Positions 17,652 through 27,707 of a DNA stretch of 64,000 nucleotides are shown here, piece after piece (position 1 is the first letter of the stretch; each line of letters starts with the position of its first letter). Source of the stretch: an uncultured Bacteroidales bacterium (GTDB lineage Bacteria; Bacteroidota; Bacteroidia; Bacteroidales; UBA3824). The translations under genes and the position numbers were made by a program. The stretch spans positions 4,833 through 68,832 of the forward strand of contig CAMVLO010000006.1 of NCBI GenBank assembly GCA_947168365.1. Reading direction: 5' to 3'. The notes below the pieces were generated by a model. It worked only from the letters and a program-made list of their open reading frames with translations. It did no database searches and was not told the origin of the DNA.

Positions 17652-20252
17652 ATGAAACTCAACGAGGAATTAAACGAATTATTGAAATCCAACGAAGAAG
17701 TATTTCAACAATTGGTTCCCGGCTATATAAGAGAGAATCTAAAACCGAGTTTTGAGCTGCGCCCTTATCAGCTTGAGGCTTTCGGACGTTTTGTCTATTA
17801 CAACGAGAATTATCGCAAGAGCCCCAACCCTACCCAACTGCTGTTTCACATGGCTACGGGCAGCGGCAAAACTCTTATCATGGCGGGACTTATGATATAT
17901 TTGTATCAACAAGGATACAGAAATTTTCTGTTTTTTGTTAACAGTACAAATATTATTGATAAGACCAAAGACAATTTCTTGAATGCGAACTCCATCAAGT
18001 ATCTGTTTTCAGAAAGGCTTTCGATAGCTGATAAAAAGTTTGAAATTGCAGAAGTATCCAATTTTCAAGATACTAATCAAGATAATATTAATATCTGCTT
18101 TAGCACTGTACAAGGGCTTCATGCGCTACTAAACACTCCCAAGGAAAACGAAATAACTTTCGACGACTTTGAAAACAGCAAGGTTGTGCTTATTGCCGAC
18201 GAAGCTCATCATATCAACGCCGATACCAAGAATGCTAAAAAACGTACTCCCGAAGAACAGGAAAATATCGACAGTTGGGAAGGCACGGTAACAAGGATTT
18301 TTAATGCCAACAAGGAAAATATCATGTTGGAATTTACGGCAACGGCAGATCTGAAGAATCCTCTGATAGCTTTTAAGTATGACAACAAGCTGTTGTTTGA
18401 TTATCCTTTGAGCAAGTTTAGGGCCGAGGGTTATTCCAAAGATGTACAGACATTGCAGGCTACACTTCCTGTATTTGAAAGGGCGGTACAGGCAATAATA
18501 TTAAGTCAATACCGTCAAAAACTTTTTGAGAAATATGGCATAAGAATAAAACCTGTAGTACTCTTTAAGTCCAAGACGATAAAAGAGAGCAAGGATTTTC
18601 AGACTGCATTTACCGAAAATCTAAAGCATCTCAACGCGGGCACATTGCAAAATATAAAGAATCTCAACCGCGATACGGTGTTAAGGAAAGTGTTTGACTA
18701 TTTGGAGAAAAACAGTATTCCGCTTGAGAACTTTTGTGAGGAACTCAAAGACGATTTTGCCGCTGATAAACAAATCTCGGTAAACTCCAGAGAAGAGAGC
18801 GAAGAGAAACAAATAGCAATCAACACTTTGGAGAACGAGAAAAATATCTACCGCGCAATTTTCGCTGTTGACAAGCTGAACGAAGGTTGGGATGTTTTGA
18901 ACTTGTTTGATATCGTAAGGCTTTATGATACAAGAGATTCCAAAAACGGAGTACCGGGCAAAACTACAATGCAGGAAGCGCAATTGATAGGACGCGGTGC
19001 AAGATATTGTCCGTTTAGAGTAGATGGTATTGACAATGCATATATCCGCAAGTTTGACGAAGATACGGAAAACGAGCTAAAAATTTGCGAAGAACTTTAT
19101 TATCATGCTTCGTATAATCCGGGATATATTGTGGAGCTAAACCGTGCACTTGTCAACATGGGCATAAAACCCGTAAAATTAGTACAAAGGCAGCTCAACT
19201 TAAAGGAAGAGTTTAAGAATACGGATTTTTATCGTAACGGATTTATTCTAAAAAATCACAAGGAGAAAAATACACGCGCAAATGTATTCTCATTGAAATC
19301 CTCAATACTGGAACAAGTATTTGAAGCGAAGATAAATTCCGAAACGGTTGAAGAAAAAGAAGCGTTTACAGCCGGCAAGCGCAACGATACCAAGAATATT
19401 ACCGAGCAGGAATATTTTCTACCGGAATTGGGAGAGATAATAATCCGCGAAGCGATGTCGAGATTGGAATTTTACAGGTTTGACAATCTGAAGAAATATT
19501 TGCCGAATCTGAAATCAGTAAGCGAGTTTATAACTTCAAATAATTATCTCGGAAAAATCCGTGTAAAAATAAAAGCTGAAGACACAGACCTTAACAATAT
19601 ATCAGCAGAAGAAAAACTCCGCGTAGCAATCAACCTTTTGAACACGATAGCTCCGATAATAGGTTCCGACAAAATAGAAAGTATCGGTTCCAAGGATTTC
19701 ACGGCGTTTGCAATAAAAGATGTATTCAAAAGTAAGTTGATGAACTTTACGCTTGATAACAAATCCGACAGAGAATTTGGCAAATCGATGCTTGACGAAA
19801 AAGAGACCAAAATGCCGCTCAATATCAACGAAAAGCAATGGTATGCTCAAGAGGATTGTTTCGGAACTTCGGAAGAGAAATCGTTTGTACTATATATCAA
19901 TAGTATCTACGAGGAGTTGAAAGCAAAATACGAAGAAATATACTTACTAAGAAACGAGCGAGATTTTCAATTACATGCTTTTTACGACGGAAGAGCATTT
20001 GAGCCGGATTTTGTATTGTTTCTGAGTAAAAATAATAATGGTAAAAAAGAATATACTCAAGTTTTTGTAGAGCCCAAAGGTCCGCAACTAATAGAGCGTG
20101 ACGGTTGGAAAGAGCGTTTCTTAAATGAAATAAGTTCGCAATCTACAAATACGGCAAATATAAGACTTCTCGCAATGCCATTTTATTGTTTTGAGGATGA
20201 CAAGAAACTCAACGAGTTTAAGTCAACATTTGAGAAAGCAATATTAGGCTAA
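17652..20252 (+). CDS. res: Type III restriction enzyme Res subunit (SF2 helicase + PD-(D/E)XK nuclease)
   Basis: 'FHMATGSGKTLIMAG' (Walker A), 'VLIADEAHH' (DEAH box), 'NEGWDVLNL' and C-terminal 'FEPDFVLF...VFVEPKG' (PD...ExK). Confidence 0.9.
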   Translation: MKLNEELNELLKSNEEVFQQLVPGYIRENLKPSFELRPYQLEAFGRFVYYNENYRKSPNPTQLLFHMATGSGKTLIMAGLMIYLYQQGYRNFLFFVNSTNIIDKTKDNFLNANSIKYLFSERLSIADKKFEIAEVSNFQDTNQDNINICFSTVQGLHALLNTPKENEITFDDFENSKVVLIADEAHHINADTKNAKKRTPEEQENIDSWEGTVTRIFNANKENIMLEFTATADLKNPLIAFKYDNKLLFDYPLSKFRAEGYSKDVQTLQATLPVFERAVQAIILSQYRQKLFEKYGIRIKPVVLFKSKTIKESKDFQTAFTENLKHLNAGTLQNIKNLNRDTVLRKVFDYLEKNSIPLENFCEELKDDFAADKQISVNSREESEEKQIAINTLENEKNIYRAIFAVDKLNEGWDVLNLFDIVRLYDTRDSKNGVPGKTTMQEAQLIGRGARYCPFRVDGIDNAYIRKFDEDTENELKICEELYYHASYNPGYIVELNRALVNMGIKPVKLVQRQLNLKEEFKNTDFYRNGFILKNHKEKNTRANVFSLKSSILEQVFEAKINSETVEEKEAFTAGKRNDTKNITEQEYFLPELGEIIIREAMSRLEFYRFDNLKKYLPNLKSVSEFITSNNYLGKIRVKIKAEDTDLNNISAEEKLRVAINLLNTIAPIIGSDKIESIGSKDFTAFAIKDVFKSKLMNFTLDNKSDREFGKSMLDEKETKMPLNINEKQWYAQEDCFGTSEEKSFVLYINSIYEELKAKYEEIYLLRNERDFQLHAFYDGRAFEPDFVLFLSKNNNGKKEYTQVFVEPKGPQLIERDGWKERFLNEISSQSTNTANIRLLAMPFYCFEDDKKLNEFKSTFEKAILG

Positions 20253-20256
20253 AAAT

Positions 20257-20307
20257 AAAACAGGCTGTCAGAAAGAAGATGATTACTTTTTTCAGACAGC
20301 CTGTTTT
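20257..20307. terminator. Bidirectional rho-independent terminator between res and ribE
   Basis: aaaacaggctgtc (20257-20269) pairs with gacagcctgtttt (20295-20307). It is flanked by an A-run and a T-run. Confidence 0.8.
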
Positions 20308-20327
20308 GTTATGTTAATTCTGCAAAA

Positions 20328-20924
20328 TTATTTCTTGATATATACGCTTGCAATCTTTTGGATGTATTTTCCGATGATATCAAATTCCAAGTTAACCTTG
20401 TCGCCGACTTTCAGATTATGGAAATTGGTAATCTCGTAAGTGTAAGGAATGATAGAAACTCTGAATTTGCCGTCTTCAGAATTACAAACAGTAAGCGAAA
20501 CACCGTTGACAGCTACCGAACCTTTCTCTACGGTAATATTTCCTTGGGAAGGATCGTACTCGATAGTATAATAAATACTGCCGTCCATATCTTCGATTTT
20601 GGTACAAACACCGGTTTGATCCACATGACCTTGTACGATGTGACCGTCTAAAAGAGAATCCGGTTTCATACTGCGTTCGAGATTTACCTCATCACCGATT
20701 TTCAGCAATCCGAGGTTAGAACGGTTGAGAGTTTCCTGCATTGCTGTTACAACATATTTGTTACCGTCGTTTTTTACAACAGTAAGACAAACACCGTTGT
20801 GAGCAACACTTTGGTCGATAGCAAGCTCGTTTCCAAAAGGACATTCGAGCGTAAAATCTATATTAGTTCTGTCGTGACGGATATCAACCACCTTGCCGAC
20901 AGCTTCAACTATACCTGAAAACAT
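20328..20924 (-). CDS. ribE: Riboflavin synthase alpha chain
   Basis: 'MFSGIVEAVGKV' N-terminus and an internally duplicated lumazine-binding fold ('GHVDQTG', 'SLTV'). Confidence 0.9.
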   Translation of the reverse strand: MFSGIVEAVGKVVDIRHDRTNIDFTLECPFGNELAIDQSVAHNGVCLTVVKNDGNKYVVTAMQETLNRSNLGLLKIGDEVNLERSMKPDSLLDGHIVQGHVDQTGVCTKIEDMDGSIYYTIEYDPSQGNITVEKGSVAVNGVSLTVCNSEDGKFRVSIIPYTYEITNFHNLKVGDKVNLEFDIIGKYIQKIASVYIKK

Positions 20925-20927
20925 AAT

Positions 20928-21707
20928 TTATTTAGAAATTACTTTGTAAGCAGAGAGAATGCCTTCGATAACAGAAGAAGAGAAGCCGTTCTTTTCCATT
21001 TCGTTGAGACCTCGAATAGTAGTTCCAGACGGAGTACAAACGCGATCGATAAGTTGTTCAGGATGAGCACCTTCTTTCATCAGCAATTCTACAGTACCTT
21101 TTACAGTCTGAGAAACAATTTCGTTGGCAATATCGCTCTTGAAACCGATTTCAATACCGCCTTCCACCATCGCACGCATAAATCTGAGTACGAAAGCAAT
21201 ACCAGAGCCGGTAAGAATAGTAGCCGCATTGATTCTTGATTCGTCGATAACAATTACCTTACCTAAAATACCAAGAATCTTGAGAGTAGATTCAACAACC
21301 TCGTCTTCAGCATCGTAAGCCACACAAGTAGTAGATTCGTTGATAGAAGCCGCAATATTAGGCATGATTCTGAAAACAGAAAGTTTCTTAGAGCAGTAAC
21401 CTTTAATTTGGTCGATACTAAGACCTGCCACCGGAGATATAAGAATCTGGTCGTTGTTGAGAGCCGGAGCAATTTCTTCTATAACATCTTTGGCTATCCA
21501 AGGTTTAACACAAAGGAAAATAATCTCGCTGTCTTTCACAGCTTGAATATTATCTCTTGAAGCATTGATACCTGCAGCCCGAATAGAATCGAGATCAGCC
21601 TCAGGATCAGTAGCAGTGATATTCAGATCAAATTCTTTCTGCTTATTGGCAAGACCTTTCGCAATAGAAAAGCCAAGATTGCCGCAGCCGATAATAGTGA
21701 TATTCAT
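20928..21707 (-). CDS. proC: Pyrroline-5-carboxylate reductase
   Basis: 'MNITIIGCGNLGFSIAKGL' NADP-binding fold and C-terminal 'VCTPSGTTIRGL' P5CR motif. Confidence 0.9.
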   Translation of the reverse strand: MNITIIGCGNLGFSIAKGLANKQKEFDLNITATDPEADLDSIRAAGINASRDNIQAVKDSEIIFLCVKPWIAKDVIEEIAPALNNDQILISPVAGLSIDQIKGYCSKKLSVFRIMPNIAASINESTTCVAYDAEDEVVESTLKILGILGKVIVIDESRINAATILTGSGIAFVLRFMRAMVEGGIEIGFKSDIANEIVSQTVKGTVELLMKEGAHPEQLIDRVCTPSGTTIRGLNEMEKNGFSSSVIEGILSAYKVISK

Positions 21708-21837
21708 ATTGTATTATTGATATATTAATGTCGGCGTCAAAATTACTGAATTTTCACATAATAACAAACTATTAGAGAATACATTTTTTTCATTAATGAT
21801 TAACTATCATTTAAAACATCATTGGACAAAAAAGAAC

Positions 21838-21845
21838 TAAATTTG
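21838..21845 (+). promoter_or_regulatory. Bacteroidota-type -7 promoter box (TAaaTTTG)
   Basis: Matches TAnnTTTG, 57 nt upstream of the ATG at 21902. Confidence 0.35.
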
Positions 21846-21901
21846 CAAAACAATAATAAGGAAAACGACATTAGAAATAACACTGCTGCTATCTTAGAAT
21901 C

Positions 21902-23170
21902 ATGAAAATCTTATTAGTATCAACCTCTGACCGCATAGGAGGAGCTGCAATTGCGTGCAACCGTATTTTCAACGCATTGAAAAGAAACGGCACGGAAGTA
22001 AAAATGCTTGTGCGCGACAAGGTTTCAAACGATCCCGACATCTATACTCTTAACACTAATATCTTTTGGAAATTTTTAAACTACATGAGCTTCTGCTTGG
22101 AGAGACTTTGTATTTTGTTTAAACTGAAATTCAAAAAACAAAATCTCTTTCAAGTAAGTTTCGATAATATCGGCGCAGCCAACTTATTGAATCATCCTCT
22201 GGTGAGAGAAGCGGAAGTAATAAATTTCCATTGGACAAGTCAAGGTATGCTCTCGCTGAAACAATTGCAGAAACTGATGGACGCCGGCAAACATATCGTT
22301 TTTACAATGCACGATATGCACTATTTTACCGGAATCTGTCATTATGCCCGTACATGTAAAAATTACGAAAAAGGTTGCGGCAGTTGCTTTTTCCTCAACA
22401 ACAGTCATAATCCCGAAGACTTCTCAAAACGTTGGTACACCAAGAAACTAAATATGGAGCACCGACAAAATCTGATTTTTGTAGCATGCAGCAATTGGTT
22501 GAAAGATATTGCAAAAACCTCTGCCATGTTTACAAAAACTCAAGTAATATCAATACCGAATCCTATTGACACAAATATCTTTAAACAGACAAGCAAAGAC
22601 GCAGCCCGCGCTAAATTCGGATTAACCAAAAAGAAAGTAATACTTTTCGGTGCAGCCAACATCAGCGACAAACGCAAGGGTTTTGAATATTTGTTGTCAG
22701 CACTGAAATATATCCATACAAAATATCCTGAATACGACAACGATATCGAATTGTTGATATTCGGACAGGGCGACAAAAAAATATTATCAACATTGCCTTA
22801 CTCTTACAAAATGGCAGGTTACATCAAAAGCGAAAAAGATATAGTTAACCTATATTCGGCAGCAGATGTATTCGTAACACCAAGTCTTGAAGACAATTTG
22901 CCTAACACAGTGATGGAAGCACTCTCCTGCTCTACCCCTTGCGTAGCATTCAATACCGGCGGTCTTCCTCAACTTATTGACAACGATATCAACGGCTATC
23001 TTGCTAAATACAAAGATTTTACAGATTTTGCGAAAGGTATATTAAAAATAGTAAATTCCAACGATTACGACAATCTTTGTCACAACGCAAGAGCCAAAGT
23101 AGAAGAAAATTTCAGTGAACCGGTTATCGCCATGAAATACAACGAAATTTACAGAATGGCATCAATATAA
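21902..23170 (+). CDS. Glycosyltransferase family 4
   Basis: 'MKILLVSTSDRIGGAAIA' and 'VTPSLEDNLPNTVMEALSCSTPCVAFNTGGLPQLI' (E-x7-E). Confidence 0.8.
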   Translation: MKILLVSTSDRIGGAAIACNRIFNALKRNGTEVKMLVRDKVSNDPDIYTLNTNIFWKFLNYMSFCLERLCILFKLKFKKQNLFQVSFDNIGAANLLNHPLVREAEVINFHWTSQGMLSLKQLQKLMDAGKHIVFTMHDMHYFTGICHYARTCKNYEKGCGSCFFLNNSHNPEDFSKRWYTKKLNMEHRQNLIFVACSNWLKDIAKTSAMFTKTQVISIPNPIDTNIFKQTSKDAARAKFGLTKKKVILFGAANISDKRKGFEYLLSALKYIHTKYPEYDNDIELLIFGQGDKKILSTLPYSYKMAGYIKSEKDIVNLYSAADVFVTPSLEDNLPNTVMEALSCSTPCVAFNTGGLPQLIDNDINGYLAKYKDFTDFAKGILKIVNSNDYDNLCHNARAKVEENFSEPVIAMKYNEIYRMASI

Positions 23171-23236
23171 AATATCTGTAACATATTTGCAATTTGCGTA
23201 GAATTTTATAATTTTACAAAAAACAAATTGTAAAAT

Positions 23237-26080
23237 ATGAAACATAATCTACTATTATTTTTACTATTATTATTGCCGGTATTAGGATTTTCACAATCCG
23301 ATAAACAACTGCCTATAGACAAAGAATATAGGATCGGCAAATTAGAAAACGGATTAACATACTATATCAGGCACAACGAACTGCCCAAAAACCAAGTATG
23401 TTTTTACATCGCCCAAAATGTAGGCTCCATGCAAGAAGAAGAATCGCAGCGCGGCCTTGCGCATTTGCTGGAGCACATGGCATTCAACGGTACAGAACAT
23501 TTTCCGAACAACAGAATGATTTCGTTTTTGGAAGGAAACGGAATAAAATTCGGCGCCGAACTCAATGCCTACACCTCATTGGACAAAACAGTTTATAACA
23601 TCGACAACTTTCCAACCGACAAAGGCGACAATCTGATAGATTCTTGTCTACAGATTTTGGCAGACTGGTCGGGCGGAGTTTCGCTTTTGGACGACGAAAT
23701 CGACAAAGAACGCGGCGTTGTTAAGAGCGAATATCTAATGAGGAATTCTCCGAGTCAAAGGCAATTGGAAACATTATTTCCTGTAATACTTAAAGACTGC
23801 AAATACGGCGAAAGAATGCCTATCGGATTGATGTCGGTAGTAGAAGGATGCAGCTACGAAGAGCTCCGTTCTTATTACAAGAAATGGTATCATCCGTCGT
23901 TGCAAGGCATTATTGTAGTAGGCGATATCGATGTTGATGTAATAGAATCAAAAATCAAAAAGATATTCTCAGTATACAAAAATCCTGAAAACGAAGCTCC
24001 AAGAGTAGAACACTATTGTCCATTCAACGACAAACCGATTTTTGCAAGTGCCAAAGATAAAGAACAAACCAACACTATAATTTATCTTTACTACAAGTTT
24101 GCTCAAAAGTTTCCACGAGACAAAAGACTGACTAAAGAATCGCTTGAATACGATCTCAGCAAAGAGTTAATTTCAAATATGATAAGCAACCGTATTTCTG
24201 ACTTGAAAGAAGACAGTCCTTTGTTGCAGGCAGACGGTTATATGACACAATTAGTTTATGTAAGAACTATGGATGCTCTTTCGGTAATTGGTATCGCCAA
24301 AGACCATCAAGAGCTTGAATCTTACAAAAAATTGTTGAGAGAATCGTTAAGAATAAAAAAATACGGTTTTACACAAAACGAACTCGAAAGAGCCAAAGCC
24401 GATTTGCTTACAGAATACGAAAACGAAGTTACAAATCAAGATAAACAACAAAACCGTGATTTGGTGGAAAGATGCGTTGACCATTTTACAGAACACGAAG
24501 ATTTGATGTCAATAAAAGACAAATACGATTTTGTAAAAGCATATTTTGAGAAAGTATCGTTGTCAGAGCTCAATAATTTGGTAGAAGAAGTAATTACCAA
24601 AGACGGAAAAAATCTCGTAGTATTCAACTTTGCACCGGAGAAAGAAGGACAATTCTATTTCACACCGGAAATTTATCAGAAAGCCTCAGAAGAAGTATGG
24701 GCAGAAAAAATAAAACCTTACAAGGAAGAATTGGTAACAAAACCGCTGTTGAAAAAAACTCCTAAACAAGGCTCTATTGTAAAAGAAGATTTCGACAAAG
24801 AAATGAACGCCAAGATTTTGCAACTTTCTAACGGAGCAAAAGTTATAATCAAACAAACCGATTACAAGAAAGACGAAATACAATTCTACGCATATTCCGA
24901 AGGCGGAACTTCGCTATACGATGACAATGAATATTACAATTTTGTTTACGCTGACGATATTGTACAAAACTGCGGCTTAGGTAATTTCTCGAAAACCCAA
25001 CTTGAGAAACTTACTCAAGGAAAATCAATCGGAGTAAATCTTTCGATTTCTAACCTTCAAGAAAGTTTGAAAGCACAATGCGCCCCCAAGGATTTTGACT
25101 TCATGATGCAGATGGTTTATTGCTACTTTACAAATCCGGGTCACAACAAAGAAGATTTCAAATATTACAAAAACCTCTTGAAACAAGGCATTCAAAACCG
25201 TAAACAAAAACACAAAGCAGCACTCAGCGACACTATCAAAAATAACATTTACAATCACAACATCAGAGTAAAATCGTTTGAAACAGAAGATGTTGATAAG
25301 CTCAATTTGAAACGAATTGTTGAGATTTACAAAGAAAGATACGCGGATGCAAGCAACTTTATCTATATCGTAATAGGAAATTACGACGAGGAAGAATTAA
25401 AAAGCGGATTGTGCAAATATATTGCATCGTTGCCGTCAAAGAATTCTAAAGAAACATTCAAGAAAGGAATGATGGAATACAACATGAAAGATATAGATGT
25501 AGAATTCAAACGCAAGATGGAAACGCCTGAAAGCACAGTTTCGATATATTTCCTCAATAAAAATTTCAAATACAATCTGGAAAATTCGTTGAAGCTAAAT
25601 ATATTGTCACAAATAATGACAACATTACAACTCAACAAAGTGCGCGAAGAAAGCTCGATAGCTTATACAACAAGATGCAACAGCTCGTTGAAACATTCAG
25701 AAACCAAGGGAGATGCAATGCTTGAAGTAATACTTACAAATCCTGTAAAACCGGAATATGCAAAACTTGCAGAAAAGATGTTGAACGATATTGTAAAAGA
25801 CGTATGCGAAAACGGTTTTGAAGACGAAAACCTTCAAAAGGTAAAAGCATTTATGATAAAACACAATATCGAACAGCAGAAAAATAATAATTACTGGCTC
25901 GGTCAGCTTATCGAAAAATATATTTACAATAACGATATGCACAGCAATTACGAAAATATCGTAAACGGAATTACAGTAAAAGATTTACAAGATTTATTAA
26001 AAACAATAGTGACCAACTCCAAAAAGCAAACATATATAATGATGCCAGAAGGAGTTGATCAGAAAGAAAATCTTGATTAA
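23237..26080 (+). CDS. M16 family (insulinase/pitrilysin-like) zinc peptidase, secreted, double-length
   Basis: Signal peptide and the inverted zinc motif 'HLLEHMAFNGT' (HxxEH). At 947 aa it is consistent with fused active and inactive M16 halves. Confidence 0.9.
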   Translation: MKHNLLLFLLLLLPVLGFSQSDKQLPIDKEYRIGKLENGLTYYIRHNELPKNQVCFYIAQNVGSMQEEESQRGLAHLLEHMAFNGTEHFPNNRMISFLEGNGIKFGAELNAYTSLDKTVYNIDNFPTDKGDNLIDSCLQILADWSGGVSLLDDEIDKERGVVKSEYLMRNSPSQRQLETLFPVILKDCKYGERMPIGLMSVVEGCSYEELRSYYKKWYHPSLQGIIVVGDIDVDVIESKIKKIFSVYKNPENEAPRVEHYCPFNDKPIFASAKDKEQTNTIIYLYYKFAQKFPRDKRLTKESLEYDLSKELISNMISNRISDLKEDSPLLQADGYMTQLVYVRTMDALSVIGIAKDHQELESYKKLLRESLRIKKYGFTQNELERAKADLLTEYENEVTNQDKQQNRDLVERCVDHFTEHEDLMSIKDKYDFVKAYFEKVSLSELNNLVEEVITKDGKNLVVFNFAPEKEGQFYFTPEIYQKASEEVWAEKIKPYKEELVTKPLLKKTPKQGSIVKEDFDKEMNAKILQLSNGAKVIIKQTDYKKDEIQFYAYSEGGTSLYDDNEYYNFVYADDIVQNCGLGNFSKTQLEKLTQGKSIGVNLSISNLQESLKAQCAPKDFDFMMQMVYCYFTNPGHNKEDFKYYKNLLKQGIQNRKQKHKAALSDTIKNNIYNHNIRVKSFETEDVDKLNLKRIVEIYKERYADASNFIYIVIGNYDEEELKSGLCKYIASLPSKNSKETFKKGMMEYNMKDIDVEFKRKMETPESTVSIYFLNKNFKYNLENSLKLNILSQIMTTLQLNKVREESSIAYTTRCNSSLKHSETKGDAMLEVILTNPVKPEYAKLAEKMLNDIVKDVCENGFEDENLQKVKAFMIKHNIEQQKNNNYWLGQLIEKYIYNNDMHSNYENIVNGITVKDLQDLLKTIVTNSKKQTYIMMPEGVDQKENLD

Positions 26081-26751
26081 TCAATAAAAGTTTCACCTTG
26101 ATAATTGGTACCGCCGGTAGAAACAGCAGTTGTTTGTCCGGCGGCACCTTTATATTTTTCAATCCATTCAGACTGTTCCATAAGTTTCAAAAGAGTGAAA
26201 GCCTGATCGCCGTAACACATACTGCTTACTTTTTCAATTCCAAAATTCTTGAGGATAGCGAATTGTTGTTCTGAAGGCATCAAATCACAATCCGGATTAT
26301 TAGCCCAGCCCAAACGTGTAGAATCTATTCCGGTTGGAGATGAGTAAGGATATTCCTTGTAGCGAAGTTTCCATAGTTGACTAACAATACCGGGATTTTT
26401 AATTCCGAAATTTACGAAAAAATTACACTTGTCCGGATTTGCCAAACTACGCTCACGACCGGTAGCTTTGTTTACAAAACTATCCATTGTAAGTTGGGTA
26501 TACTTGTAAGTACCATCACGATTGATATGAATTTCATAAAAACGTACCAAATCGTTGCTACCCGGCAAAAGCATAAACCCAAGAAAATCTTTCTGAGGTT
26601 CTACTTCTACTTCTTCACCGAAAGTTGTAACTTCACCCTCATCGTCGTTATAAGTTTGTCTGTAATTATTTTGTTCGCCAATTTCATAAGATTGTGCATA
26701 ATTGGCTAACGGAACGAGAGATACTAATAAAATTGATAATATTTTTTTCAT
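26077..26751 (-). CDS. Hypothetical secreted protein
   Basis: Signal peptide 'MKKILSILLVSLVPLANYAQ' when started at the internal ATG 26751. No recognisable motif. The 3' end overlaps the convergent M16 gene by 4 nt. Confidence 0.65.
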   Translation of the reverse strand: MKKILSILLVSLVPLANYAQSYEIGEQNNYRQTYNDDEGEVTTFGEEVEVEPQKDFLGFMLLPGSNDLVRFYEIHINRDGTYKYTQLTMDSFVNKATGRERSLANPDKCNFFVNFGIKNPGIVSQLWKLRYKEYPYSSPTGIDSTRLGWANNPDCDLMPSEQQFAILKNFGIEKVSSMCYGDQAFTLLKLMEQSEWIEKYKGAAGQTTAVSTGGTNYQGETFID

Positions 26752-26828
26752 GATGCTTCCTATTTTTTTGTGTAAGTATTTAAACGTCCGCAAAAACAAA
26801 ATGTTTATTAAAATTCATTAAAAAACAT

Positions 26829-26836
26829 TATCTTTG
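26829..26836 (+). promoter_or_regulatory. Bacteroidota-type -7 promoter box (TAtcTTTG)
   Basis: Matches TAnnTTTG, 19 nt upstream of the ATG at 26855. Confidence 0.45.
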
Positions 26837-26854
26837 CAGAAATTTATAAAAACG

Positions 26855-27697
26855 ATGTCACAAAAACCTTTATATTCAATATTAGTAGCGAACTACAACA
26901 ATTCAAAGTTTTTCCAAGATTTGTTAGATAGTATCAATAATCAAACATACAAAAATCTTGAAATACTGTTTTGCGATGATTGTAGTAATGACAACTCTCT
27001 TAACATACTCAAAGAATTTGCCAAACAGGATTCGAGAATAAAAGTTTTAACTAATTCTGAAAACCAAGGCGTTGCATTTACAAAAGACAGATTGATAAGA
27101 GAATGTAAAGGTGAATACTTCGGTTTTGTAGACCCGGACGACTATTTGGAAGCAAATGCAGTGGAAACCATGGTGAAACTTCATTTACAAAATCCGGAAT
27201 TGGGATTGATTTATTCTAATTTCTACATGACCGACGAAGACAAAACAAAAATTGTAAAATACGAAAATCCTAAAGACGTAGAACAATCAAAATTTTTACT
27301 TTACGGATTTTCACCAAACCATTTTTCAAGTTTCAAAAAAGAATTTTACAACAAAACCGAAGGCATAAATCTTTCAATAAAAAGAGCCATCGACAGAGAT
27401 TTGGTTTTGAAATACGAAGAAGTTGCCCCGACAAAACATATCGAAGATTATTTATATTATTACAGAATAAATACAAACAGCATATCTAACAACAGCAACT
27501 CGTTCAAAGCAGAATATTGGGCTTGGATTTGCAGGTTAGCAGCTTTGAAACGTAGATGTATCAGCGAAGAGGATTTTTTTTCTGAATATAAATATTACTT
27601 CGCATCAAAAACATGTGATTTTTCTCAAACCAAAGATTATAAAATAGGAAATCTGCTCTTGAAACCATTCAGATTTGTTTTACACTTATTTAAATAA
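26855..27697 (+). CDS. Glycosyltransferase family 2
   Basis: 'YSILVANYNNSKFFQDLLDSINNQTY...ILFCDDCSNDNS' and 'FVDPDD'. The listed ORF begins at TTG 26834, which falls inside the -7 box, so ATG 26855 is preferred. Confidence 0.85.
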   Translation: MSQKPLYSILVANYNNSKFFQDLLDSINNQTYKNLEILFCDDCSNDNSLNILKEFAKQDSRIKVLTNSENQGVAFTKDRLIRECKGEYFGFVDPDDYLEANAVETMVKLHLQNPELGLIYSNFYMTDEDKTKIVKYENPKDVEQSKFLLYGFSPNHFSSFKKEFYNKTEGINLSIKRAIDRDLVLKYEEVAPTKHIEDYLYYYRINTNSISNNSNSFKAEYWAWICRLAALKRRCISEEDFFSEYKYYFASKTCDFSQTKDYKIGNLLLKPFRFVLHLFK

Positions 27698-27707
27698 AAA
27701 TACAATA

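Noticed and set aside
14014-20328. Short direct repeat ttctgcaa at both ends of the island (14014-14021 and 20318-20325) as a target-site duplication
   Set aside because: It is only 8 identical bases in AT-rich DNA and is not adjacent to any recombinase gene. It is easily explained by chance.
26077-26080. 4-nt overlap of the convergent M16 peptidase and the hypothetical secreted protein genes
   Set aside because: Overlapping stop codons of convergent genes are common in compact genomes, so this is not evidence of anything unusual.
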